DNA of 64,000 nucleotides from Oscillospiraceae bacterium (lineage in GTDB: Bacteria > Bacillota > Clostridia > Oscillospirales > JAAYXM01), in assembly GCA_017439555.1 (NCBI GenBank), contig JAFSIZ010000062.1, positions 19,010-83,009 on the forward strand, given 5' to 3'. The position numbers and the translations under genes are program-made. Below, piece after piece: positions 9,412 to 17,691 of this stretch; position 1 is the stretch's first letter; each line of letters begins with the position of its first letter. The notes under the pieces are model-generated. The model did not search any database, had not been told where the DNA came from, and saw only the letters and a list, made by a program, of their open reading frames with translations.

Positions 9412-10980
9412 TCAGATCCCCGGAAGTGTTACAGGCATTTCCCCTCTGTAATCACAATTTTTCATAGCTGCAGCGATTGCTTTTGCTGCAAGCATCGTAT
9501 ATTCGTATCCTGTTATAACCGCATTACAATCTTTTACATATCTGTAGTCATAAGGTGTTCTCAAAAGCACAGCAACAACAGGCTTGCCCGTTTTCAATGC
9601 CGCCTCAACAATCTCAAGCTGCGACTCAAAATTTCTTGCATCGAATATTCCGACAACAGCGACATCGAATTCGCCTGCAAGTGCTTCTTCCACCTCAGTG
9701 GTAAGCCCTTCAAGCGAGGAGACAACACCTTCTGCATTTTCAAACACTTCTCCGAATATATCAGCGAAGCTGAGTGTCTGACGCCGTTTCTCCTCCACTC
9801 CACGCAAAGCATCGCAAATGGGCGATATACAAAGAATTCTCTTATCCGCAAGAGAGGATAGAACACCATCGTCTTTTATGCAGGTGATGGCAGAAAGCTT
9901 GTCCTCGAAATTCTCTGCAATTTCCGCTTCATTGTATATAAGCTTTTTCGCAAGCTCAAGATCAGGCTCTGCTGAAGCAATGTCAAATTTCTCCTTCTGT
10001 GCAACTATGCGGTTATAAGAAAGGTCTATCCGCTCCTCAGTAATTTCTCCCGATTCAACAGCAGCATAGACCGCACGCATTGCATTTTCCACAGCTTTAT
10101 ATTCGAAGTTATAATAGAGGAGAACATCGCAGCCTGCAAGAATCGCTCTTACTGCACTTTCACCGTCAGGATAAAGCTTTTCAAGGCCGAGCATTCCCAT
10201 AGCATCTGTTATTGCAAGGCCACGGAATCCCTGTTCATCACGGAGAAGCTCTGTCATTATCTCATACGAAACAGTTGACGGGACCGACGAGAATGCATCG
10301 TGAACAACATGAGCTGTCATAATTGCACCGGCGCCTTCGTCAAACAGCGTTTTGAACGGCAAAAACTCTGTCTTGCGAAGCGTATCGGCATCGACATTAT
10401 TGTGAACTACATCAAGATGCGTATCACCGCTTACATTTCCGTGTCCCGGATAATGCTTTACTGCAGATATAATTTTCTGAGACTGCATCCCCTTCATAAA
10501 AGGAAGAGCTGATTTTATAACTGCTTCTGCATCTTCTCCATACGATCTTGTTCCGATTATCGGGTTATCAGGGTCTATGTTTACATCAAGCACAGGGCAA
10601 TCGTTTACGTTGCATCCAACTGCACGCAGAATTCCTCCTATACGCTTGCCCACACGGTACATTTTGTCTGCATCTGCGCCGCTTGCTGTATACGACATTG
10701 CCCCCGAAAGCATCGCCGCCCCCTCATAAAAACGAGTTACCCATCCGCCTTCCTGATCGATTTCAATAAGCGGATACTGCCCCGTCACACGATATGTATT
10801 TTCACGTGTTTTCTTAATGATATCGCAGAGTCCTTCTGTAGATACGCAATGATTTGCATTAACAGTAAAGTTGCCTATATAATATTTTTCGCAAAAATCA
10901 ATATATTCCCGATTCAGGCCATCATCAGGAAATCCTGCCATAAAAAGCTGACCTATCTTTCTTTTGAGTTCTTCTGTCAT
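9412..10980 (-). CDS. Glycoside hydrolase family 3 protein (NagZ-like beta-hexosaminidase/beta-glucosidase, N- plus C-terminal domains)
   Basis: GH3 motifs KHYPGHGNVSGDTHLD and GLAITDAMGM. Start chosen at ATG 10980, 6 nt after GGAGG; the track ORF starts 6 nt earlier at a TTG. Confidence 0.85.
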   Translation of the reverse strand: MTEELKRKIGQLFMAGFPDDGLNREYIDFCEKYYIGNFTVNANHCVSTEGLCDIIKKTRENTYRVTGQYPLIEIDQEGGWVTRFYEGAAMLSGAMSYTASGADADKMYRVGKRIGGILRAVGCNVNDCPVLDVNIDPDNPIIGTRSYGEDAEAVIKSALPFMKGMQSQKIISAVKHYPGHGNVSGDTHLDVVHNNVDADTLRKTEFLPFKTLFDEGAGAIMTAHVVHDAFSSVPSTVSYEIMTELLRDEQGFRGLAITDAMGMLGLEKLYPDGESAVRAILAGCDVLLYYNFEYKAVENAMRAVYAAVESGEITEERIDLSYNRIVAQKEKFDIASAEPDLELAKKLIYNEAEIAENFEDKLSAITCIKDDGVLSSLADKRILCISPICDALRGVEEKRRQTLSFADIFGEVFENAEGVVSSLEGLTTEVEEALAGEFDVAVVGIFDARNFESQLEIVEAALKTGKPVVAVLLRTPYDYRYVKDCNAVITGYEYTMLAAKAIAAAMKNCDYRGEMPVTLPGI

Positions 10981-11057
10981 AACCAACCTCCAAAAGATAT
11001 TTTTTTCATTTTACAACAAAACGCCGGATAAAGCAAGAAATAAGCATACAATCCGGC

Positions 11058-11093
11058 AACAAAAAATCTCCGGTGAAAAAACACCGGAGATTT
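11058..11093 (-). terminator. Rho-independent terminator after the kduD-like gene
   Basis: Stem AAATCTCCGGTG / CACCGGAGATTT with an A/T-rich loop, followed on the minus strand by TTTTTTG. Confidence 0.75.
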
Positions 11094-11110
11094 AAAAAAT
11101 TTATGCTGTT

Positions 11111-11908
11111 TTACTGCGGCTGTTTGCCGATGTAAGCGAGAATACCGCCGTCTACGTAGAGCACATGGCCGTTCACGAAGTTGGAAGCATCGGATGCAAG
11201 GAACACTGCAGGTCCGACAAGGTCTTCCGGATCGCCCCAGCGAGCTGCCGGAGTCTTTGCAATGATGAACTGGTCAAACGGATGACGGCTGCCGTCCGGC
11301 TGCTTCTCGCGGAGCGGAGCAGTCTGCGGTGTTGCAATGTAGCCCGGACCGATGCCGTTGCACTGAATGTTGAATTCGCCGTACTCGGAGCAGATGTTAC
11401 GTGTGAGCATCTTGAGACCGCCCTTAGCTGCAGCGTATGCCGAAACTGTCTCACGGCCGAGCTCACTCATCATTGAGCAGATGTTGATGATCTTTCCGTG
11501 GCCCTTCTTGATCATTGACGGAATAACTGCCTTTGAAACGATGAACGGAGCATTGAGGTCAACATCGATAACCTTGCGGAAATCAGCTGCGCTCATTTCG
11601 CACATCGGGATTCTCTTGATGATGCCTGCGTTGTTTACAAGGATGTCAATAACTCCGACTTCCTTCTCGATCTTTGCAACGAGCTCGTTTACTGCTACTT
11701 CGTCTGTTACGTCGCAGACATAGCCTGTTGCGTCGATTCCGTCAGCCTTGTAGGAAGCAAGGCCCTTATCGACGAGCTCCTGGTTGATATCGTTGAAAAC
11801 GATTTTTGCACCTGCTGCCGCAAAGCCCTTTGCGATAGCATAGCCGATGCCATAGGATGCGCCTGTTATGAGGGCAACCTTTCCTGTGAGATCAAACATA
11901 TTTTTCAT
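11111..11908 (-). CDS. kduD: SDR oxidoreductase, 2-dehydro-3-deoxy-D-gluconate 5-dehydrogenase / gluconate 5-dehydrogenase type
   Basis: TGASYGIG cofactor motif, the YAAAKGG catalytic Y-x3-K, and NNAG. It lies immediately downstream of KduI (1-nt gap). The kduD symbol is inferred from this context. Confidence 0.75.
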   Translation of the reverse strand: MKNMFDLTGKVALITGASYGIGYAIAKGFAAAGAKIVFNDINQELVDKGLASYKADGIDATGYVCDVTDEVAVNELVAKIEKEVGVIDILVNNAGIIKRIPMCEMSAADFRKVIDVDLNAPFIVSKAVIPSMIKKGHGKIINICSMMSELGRETVSAYAAAKGGLKMLTRNICSEYGEFNIQCNGIGPGYIATPQTAPLREKQPDGSRHPFDQFIIAKTPAARWGDPEDLVGPAVFLASDASNFVNGHVLYVDGGILAYIGKQPQ

Positions 11909-11909
11909 A

Positions 11910-13535
11910 TTAGAACAACTCCTTCATTCCGATATGATCCATATCGGTAAATTCCTGATTTTCTCCGCACATTGCCCAGATGAATGAGTATGCGCGTGTG
12001 CCAACGCCTGCGTGGATTGACCAGCTCGGGCTGATGACAGCTTCTTCATTTCTCATAACGATGTGACGTGTCTCGTTCGGCTCGCCCATCATATGGAATA
12101 CGATATCGTCCTCCTGCATATCGAGATAGAGATAAACCTCCATGCGGCGGTCGTGTGTATGGCAGGGCATTGTGTTCCAGTTGGAGCCTGACTCAAGATT
12201 TGTGAGACCCATAGCGAGCTGGCAGCTCTGCATAACTTCGGGGTGGATGTACTGGTTGATAACGCGGTGGTTGCACTCCTCGGGGCTTCCGCAGGGAACC
12301 TTCTTCGCCTTTGTGATATCGATCTTGACTGTCGGATACTCCTTGTGAGCCGGGCAGGAAGAGATGTAGAACTTCGGCGGATCGTTTTCATCAACGCACT
12401 TGAATGTGATTTCACGGTTGCCGCGACCGATGTAGATACCGTCGCGCGGGTTCATTTCATATTCCACACCGTCAACAGTGATGATACCCTTGCCGCCGAT
12501 GTTGATGCAGCCCATCTCGCGGCGCTCAAGGAAGTAGTCTGCAGCGAGCTCCTTGCCTGCCTCGAGGCGAAGCTCCTGATAGATCGGCATTGCGCCTGCT
12601 GTTATAATTCTGTCGATATGGCTGTATACCATACGGATGTTATCCTTTGTGAAGAGCTTTGAGATATGGAACTCTTCGCGAAGGCGCTCGGTTGTGTAGT
12701 GCTTCATATCGCGCGGATTGGATGCGTTTCTGATTTCCATTTTACTTAAATCCTCCTTGATATATTTTCCGTAGACCTCAACCTCAACAAGCGCTGCCCA
12801 CGAAAGCGGAAACGTTGCCTGCTTGAAGTTTTTAAGCTGTACGGTTTTGGTTTTTATTACCTCGGGCAGGATGAGCTCCTGACCTTTTTCGGTCTTTTCA
12901 AATTCGGCGGTATACACCTCTCCGCCATCAAACACAACATCGACATTCTTCCAATATGTGTCGTGTGGGAAATCGGCGCGGAGATAGAAGACAAGCTTTT
13001 CGACCTCAACAGGTGCTCCGAAATCAAGCTTATATTCAAGATCCTCTCTTGCACCACCGGCCCAGGAATGGAACGGATATGGCCCGTGACCCACGTTTTC
13101 ACGCATTCCGTCTATCGCGTTGCGCTCAAAGAACGTCGGGTTCTCGCGCGTTACGAGATTGGCCGATGCATGGGGGAAATATTTCTTCTGACCTCTCACG
13201 TCATAGGGGTTGAGCGCAATATTGCGGAGACTGTATATCTCCTCATCCGACGGCTCACTTATCTGAATTTTGTGGCCGCGACCTGCGAAGGAATATTCCG
13301 AATACATATTGCGCAGGTTGCCGAACGGAATTTCATATTCAAACTTTCCCTGCGGATTGAAAATTATTGCATCTCCGAGAGTCGAATCGAGCTGAATTTT
13401 CACAAACTCACAAAGCGGAGATGAAACACAAATTTTCGTGCCCTCTTCATAGACGCCGTCATAGACAACATCTATCTCCTTTGCAGATTCGGAAAATAAA
13501 ACTTCGCCGCCTTTATTTATGATTTTAAGTTCCAT
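11910..13535 (-). CDS. kduI: 5-dehydro-4-deoxy-D-glucuronate isomerase (KduI) fused in frame to a roughly 265-aa N-terminal beta-sandwich/CBM-like module
   Basis: The C-terminal 276 aa, from Met at 12740 (MEIRNASNPRDMKHYTTERLREEF...), is full-length KduI-like. The upstream part ends ...LVEVEVYGKY, as discoidin-type domains do. Start chosen at ATG 13535 (AAGGAGA SD). An internal AAGGAGGA SD at 12751-12758 precedes Met 12740. Confidence 0.8.
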   Translation of the reverse strand: MELKIINKGGEVLFSESAKEIDVVYDGVYEEGTKICVSSPLCEFVKIQLDSTLGDAIIFNPQGKFEYEIPFGNLRNMYSEYSFAGRGHKIQISEPSDEEIYSLRNIALNPYDVRGQKKYFPHASANLVTRENPTFFERNAIDGMRENVGHGPYPFHSWAGGAREDLEYKLDFGAPVEVEKLVFYLRADFPHDTYWKNVDVVFDGGEVYTAEFEKTEKGQELILPEVIKTKTVQLKNFKQATFPLSWAALVEVEVYGKYIKEDLSKMEIRNASNPRDMKHYTTERLREEFHISKLFTKDNIRMVYSHIDRIITAGAMPIYQELRLEAGKELAADYFLERREMGCINIGGKGIITVDGVEYEMNPRDGIYIGRGNREITFKCVDENDPPKFYISSCPAHKEYPTVKIDITKAKKVPCGSPEECNHRVINQYIHPEVMQSCQLAMGLTNLESGSNWNTMPCHTHDRRMEVYLYLDMQEDDIVFHMMGEPNETRHIVMRNEEAVISPSWSIHAGVGTRAYSFIWAMCGENQEFTDMDHIGMKELF

Positions 13536-13574
13536 AAGCATTCTCCTTGGCAAATACATACCTTATTAGTATAT

Positions 13575-13603
13575 ATAATAACACCATCATTGATAAAAAT
13601 CAA
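13575..13603 (-). promoter_or_regulatory. Candidate promoter of the kduI-kduD-GH operon
   Basis: On the minus strand: TTGATT (13603-13598), a 17-nt spacer, then TATTAT (13580-13575), about 40 nt upstream of ATG 13535. Confidence 0.45.
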
Positions 13604-13605
13604 TG
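13588..13605. promoter_or_regulatory. Perfect inverted repeat CATTGAT-aaaa-ATCAATG overlapping the -35 of the kduI promoter (candidate operator)
   Basis: The 7-bp arms are read directly from the sequence, in the kduI/araC divergent intergenic region. Confidence 0.35.
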
Positions 13606-13646
13606 CCAAAACGACCTTTTTCTGTGCAAAAAACGCCAAACAGCGC

Positions 13647-13675
13647 TTTACTTTCCATCTGTACTATGTTAGAAT
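13647..13675 (+). promoter_or_regulatory. Candidate extended -10 promoter for the AraC-family gene
   Basis: TTTACT, a 17-nt spacer ending in TGT, then TAGAAT (13670-13675). Confidence 0.3.
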
Positions 13676-13696
13676 ACCTTGTATGAGGTGAATTAT

Positions 13697-14536
13697 ATGA
13701 AGGACGAAAAAGCCTTGCCGCTCGGCAAGCTTCATACACTGGATTTTCCGGACACATTCCCGGTTGTCCACTATTTTTGCGAAAAGAAATATAAAACAGC
13801 AGAGGATATGCAATTTCACAAGCATTTTGAATTTGGTATTTGTCTGGAGGGTCAGGGAATATTTTTCATCGGTAACAGGATGATCCCCTTTACACAGGGC
13901 AACGTATCAATCATCCCTCCCGGCACTCCTCACTTTGCGCAAAGCCTCGATTCACATCCCAGCAAATGGATGTTTGTTGCTCTTGATGCCTCCGGTCTCA
14001 GCTGCTCTCCCGGAAGCATTGCTCCGAATATCGTCTATGACAAAGCAACAGAACAGCTGCTACGCATCGTGGCAGAGGAGCTCGACTCAAAAAGCGACGG
14101 TTATGAGGATGCTGTCACAAAGCTTTTTGATATACTTTTTATCCGCGCCTCGCGCCTTGATACTGATGCGCCGATATTCTTCACCTATGAAGATGGGCTG
14201 GCAGCAATATATCCGGCGATAGAATATATCACGCAGCACTATCCCGAGGATATCGGGATAGATGCACTCGCCTCCCTGTGCAATATGAGTCTTTCGCATT
14301 TCCGCAGAAAATTCACCGCAGTCACGGGTATGACTCCGCTCCGCTATCTCCTTATGATGAGACTTCGCATGGCAGGCGTTCTCCTCAAGCAAACCGAAAG
14401 AAAGGTTTCCGATATTGCTCTCGAGGTCGGATATAACACCCTTTCATCCTTCAACCGCCATTTCAAGGAAAATTACGGAATGAGCCCGAAGGATTACAGA
14501 GCAAGCCTCAAGAACCCGGACGAAAACATATTTTAA
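13697..14536 (+). CDS. AraC-family transcriptional regulator (cupin-like sensor plus HTH_18)
   Basis: C-terminal AraC HTH region (LASLCNMSLSHFRRKFTAVTGMTPLRYLLMMRL ... GYNTLSSFNRHFKENYGMSPKDYR). Start at ATG 13697, after GAGGTG. The gene is divergent from the kduI operon. Confidence 0.85.
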   Translation: MKDEKALPLGKLHTLDFPDTFPVVHYFCEKKYKTAEDMQFHKHFEFGICLEGQGIFFIGNRMIPFTQGNVSIIPPGTPHFAQSLDSHPSKWMFVALDASGLSCSPGSIAPNIVYDKATEQLLRIVAEELDSKSDGYEDAVTKLFDILFIRASRLDTDAPIFFTYEDGLAAIYPAIEYITQHYPEDIGIDALASLCNMSLSHFRRKFTAVTGMTPLRYLLMMRLRMAGVLLKQTERKVSDIALEVGYNTLSSFNRHFKENYGMSPKDYRASLKNPDENIF

Positions 14537-14540
14537 GCAT

Positions 14541-14574
14541 AAAAAGCTCCCGGCCGAGGGTCGGGAGCTTTTTT
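14541..14574. terminator. Bidirectional rho-independent terminator
   Basis: Hairpin GCTCCCG...CGGGAGC flanked by AAAAA and TTTTTT, between the convergent araC and M42 genes. Confidence 0.8.
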
Positions 14575-15581
14575 CACAATATTATCGACTGCGTTTCAAG
14601 CGCACATCGCAGCAGCTTTGCCGCCGCCTCAATATCCGACATATCGGCAGTCTCACATGGGGAATGTATATACCTTACAGGCACGCTTATTCCGCCCGTC
14701 GGCACACCTGCACGTGAAAGCTGAATATTTCCTGTGTCAGTTCCGCCTGCAGTGATAACATCGCGCTGATATGCAATATCATTCTTTTCTGCCGTATCAA
14801 CGAGTGCGGAGATTATCGACGGATGTGCGATTGCTGCCGCGTCCATAATCTTTATTGCGGCACCTCCGCCCATCCCGGTCTCGCCGTAGCCGTCAAAGCA
14901 CGGCGTATCACACGAATCCGTAACATCGAGCACGATCGAGAAATCTGCTTCGACTGCATATGCCGCTGTCTTTGCACCGCGACAGCCGACCTCCTCCTGC
15001 ACGGAAAACACCGCATATACATCATAATCACACTTCTTAAGATTCATAATCGTGTGAAGAGCTACGGCGCATCCTATTCTGTTATCAAGGTATGGCGCAA
15101 AAATCCTGCCGCCTGAAAGCTCGCGCAGCTCTCCGTCAAAATATGCTGCATCCCCCGGAAGCACAGCTTCACGCGCTGTCTTTTCATCCTTTGCACCTAT
15201 ATCAATAAACATTGAGCTCATCTTTCTGTCCTTGAGCTCCGTCTTCTGTTCATAGGAAATAACACCGCGTGTTCCGTTCAAAAACTTCACCGGTATATTG
15301 TGAAGCTCACAGACACTGATGCCTCCGAGCGCATCAAAGCGCACAAAGCCCTTTTCGTCAATAAAGGTTGCAAGGAAGCCGATGGTGTCCATATGCGCAT
15401 CGAGCAACACCCTTCTGCCGACACCCGGGCGGTGTATAATAAGATTGCCGAGCGCATCCGTTGAATGTGACAGACCGGCATCCTCTGCCATCTCTGCAAT
15501 CACCTTCGCCGTTTCTGATTCAAATCCCGAAGGGGATGCCGTTGCACACAGTTTTTTCAGAATGTCTTTTATACTAAGCAT
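14574..15581 (-). CDS. M42-family metalloaminopeptidase (TET/FrvX/YsdC-like), paralog 3
   Basis: Blocks LLDAHMDTIGF, LDNRIGCAV, VQEEVGCRGA, LDVTD and RYIHSP. Start at ATG 15581, 6 nt after GAGGAGGAAG, in an 8-nt overlap (ATGCTTAG) with the upstream stop. Confidence 0.85.
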   Translation of the reverse strand: MLSIKDILKKLCATASPSGFESETAKVIAEMAEDAGLSHSTDALGNLIIHRPGVGRRVLLDAHMDTIGFLATFIDEKGFVRFDALGGISVCELHNIPVKFLNGTRGVISYEQKTELKDRKMSSMFIDIGAKDEKTAREAVLPGDAAYFDGELRELSGGRIFAPYLDNRIGCAVALHTIMNLKKCDYDVYAVFSVQEEVGCRGAKTAAYAVEADFSIVLDVTDSCDTPCFDGYGETGMGGGAAIKIMDAAAIAHPSIISALVDTAEKNDIAYQRDVITAGGTDTGNIQLSRAGVPTGGISVPVRYIHSPCETADMSDIEAAAKLLRCALETQSIIL

Positions 15582-16605
15582 TGAGAACTTCCTCCTCACA
15601 ATTTATAAACTCACGGGCAAGCACAAGCACCGTTTCTATATCGCGCACATCTGCAACACACGACGGCGAATGGATATAACGTGTCGGCACGGACAACGAT
15701 GTTGTTCTCACGCCATTGCGTGAAACGTGTATGCTCTTTGCATCTGTGCCGCCTGCCACGCGCGACTTCATCTGCCACTTCATTCCCTTTTCCTCAGCGA
15801 TTTTCCTAAGCAGAGCAAACAGCTTTTTGTCATATATCGTGCCGCCGTCCATACAGCCTATAACCGCGCCATTTCCGAGCGAGCATACGCGCAAAGCACC
15901 TTCCGATGAAGGAATGTCCGCCGCCGTAGTAGACTCGAGCACAAGTGCAAATTCCGGATTCACAGTATATGCTGCGCTCACAGCTCCGCGACAGCCGACC
16001 TCCTCCTGCACTGTAAACACAAACCACGTATCATACGAAAGCTCTTCGCCGATAAGCTTCAGCATAACGGCACAGCCTGCGCGGTCATCTATTGCACGCG
16101 CTTTTATTCTGTTCTCTCCGAGAGCTTTGAACGGGCTGTCAAACACGCCAAAATCACCGGGTGAGACGAGCTTTTCCGCAGACGATTTTTTCTCGCATCC
16201 GATATCTATGCAGAGCTCAGAGAGCTTTGGCGCTTTCTTTCGCTCTTCCTTTGTTGTGAGATGCACTGCCTTCAGCCCGATAACGCCGGGAATGCGCTTT
16301 TTCCCGATAAGCACGCGCTTACCTATCGCAACCCTGCGGTCAACTCCGCCGACAAAATCAAATTTGAGGTATCCATCAGACGTTATTTCCTTGACTATGA
16401 TGCCGACCTCATCCATATGAGCGCAGACCATAAGCGGAGCTTGTCTTCTTTTCTTGCCTTTTTTTAATACAAACAGGTTTCCTATCGAATCCTCTTTGAT
16501 TTCATCCGCATATTCTTTTACATATCCGCGCACAAAATCGCGGACTGCATCTTCACATCCCGAAGGGCCGTCAATAAGACATAAAGTTTTGAGCAATTCT
16601 ATCAC
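15574..16605 (-). CDS. M42-family metalloaminopeptidase, paralog 2
   Basis: Blocks VCAHMDEVG, IDDRAGCAV, VQEEVGCRGA and RYIHSP. The GTG start overlaps the upstream TGA (GTGA) and is preceded by GGGAGGTG. Confidence 0.85.
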   Translation of the reverse strand: MIELLKTLCLIDGPSGCEDAVRDFVRGYVKEYADEIKEDSIGNLFVLKKGKKRRQAPLMVCAHMDEVGIIVKEITSDGYLKFDFVGGVDRRVAIGKRVLIGKKRIPGVIGLKAVHLTTKEERKKAPKLSELCIDIGCEKKSSAEKLVSPGDFGVFDSPFKALGENRIKARAIDDRAGCAVMLKLIGEELSYDTWFVFTVQEEVGCRGAVSAAYTVNPEFALVLESTTAADIPSSEGALRVCSLGNGAVIGCMDGGTIYDKKLFALLRKIAEEKGMKWQMKSRVAGGTDAKSIHVSRNGVRTTSLSVPTRYIHSPSCVADVRDIETVLVLAREFINCEEEVLNA

Positions 16606-17630
16606 AGCACAGCACCTCCCGATGACAGCCAGAGCACAAATTCATATATCAGCTTTGCAACAGCCTCAACGTCATTCTTTTTTACAGTCTCAACAGGGGT
16701 GTGCATATATTTGAGCGGAATGGAGAGAAGCCCTGTAGCAATCCCCTCGCGCACAGTCTGCACTGTCCACGCATTTGTGCCGGAATGCCCGGCACACACC
16801 TCTATGCTGTGAGCAATCTTTTTATCCTTTGCAACAGCTATAAGAGCATCTGACATCTTTTTCGTCATATTCGGGCCGACGCCTATCGCCACGCCGCTTC
16901 CGCAATCAAACGTTGAGGACTTGTCCGCACCGGGAGTCGTCCCATGGGTCACATCAACAACTATTGCCCAATCCGGATCAACCGAATATCCGGCAACGCG
17001 AGCACCGCGGCAGCCGAGCTCCTCCTGAGCACTTGCGACCGCAACTATATCAAAATTGAGTTTTTTACCCTTGAGCATATCTATCGCGCGGAGAATCGAC
17101 GCAAGGCTTGCCCTGTCATCCAGAGCACGCGCCGAAACATAATTTTCACGAAGCTTTACAGGTGAGGATGTAAACACAACCGGCGTACCGACCTCTATTC
17201 CGCTCTTTCCCTCCGCACCGACATCGATAAACAGATCTTCGATTGAAACAGCATTTTCCATATCCTTTGCCGTAAGAAGATGAGGCGGAGAAACCGTTAT
17301 AACACCGTCCCTCGGTGGGTTGGAAAGTACTGTCACTTCACACGCAGGAAGAATTCTCGGATCGACGCCTCCGAGCGTTGCAAACGTCAGAAATCCGACC
17401 TTTTCACCTGTTACTATAAGCCCTATTTCATCTATATGTGCGTCAAGTAAAAGGCATTTTGCATTTTTCTTTCCGCATTTTCTTATTCCGTATACATTGC
17501 CGAAGGAATCTGTATCTGTCTTTTCAAAAAAGCGCGACATATATGTTTCAAGCCATTTTGAGGCAGAATGCTCAAATCCCGACGGCGACGGATGCTCAGA
17601 AAGCTTGTTTATTATAGAAAGTATGTCCAA
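16602..17630 (-). CDS. M42-family metalloaminopeptidase, paralog 1
   Basis: Blocks LLDAHIDEIG, LDDRAS, AQEELGCRGA, VDVTH and KYMHTP. Start chosen at TTG 17630, 7 nt after AAAGGGAG, which places the PSG motif at the same N-terminal distance as in the two paralogs. The track ORF extends to a GTG at 17672. Confidence 0.8.
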   Translation of the reverse strand: MDILSIINKLSEHPSPSGFEHSASKWLETYMSRFFEKTDTDSFGNVYGIRKCGKKNAKCLLLDAHIDEIGLIVTGEKVGFLTFATLGGVDPRILPACEVTVLSNPPRDGVITVSPPHLLTAKDMENAVSIEDLFIDVGAEGKSGIEVGTPVVFTSSPVKLRENYVSARALDDRASLASILRAIDMLKGKKLNFDIVAVASAQEELGCRGARVAGYSVDPDWAIVVDVTHGTTPGADKSSTFDCGSGVAIGVGPNMTKKMSDALIAVAKDKKIAHSIEVCAGHSGTNAWTVQTVREGIATGLLSIPLKYMHTPVETVKKNDVEAVAKLIYEFVLWLSSGGAVL

Positions 17631-17662
17631 GCCTACACTCCCTTTCTCTTGGTATATAAAAG

Positions 17663-17691
17663 AGTATAGCACATTTTTCCTTTTTTATGAA
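17663..17691 (-). promoter_or_regulatory. Weak candidate extended -10 promoter for the M42 cluster
   Basis: On the minus strand: TTCATA, a 17-nt spacer ending in TGC, then TATACT (17668-17663). It overlaps the spoIID stop codon. Confidence 0.3.

Noticed and set aside
14574-17672. Reading the M42 genes as cellulases/endoglucanases (the legacy CelM annotation) linked to the nearby GH genes
   Set aside because: The motifs are those of dinuclear-metal M42 aminopeptidases. A bidirectional terminator and the AraC gene separate them from the GH cluster.
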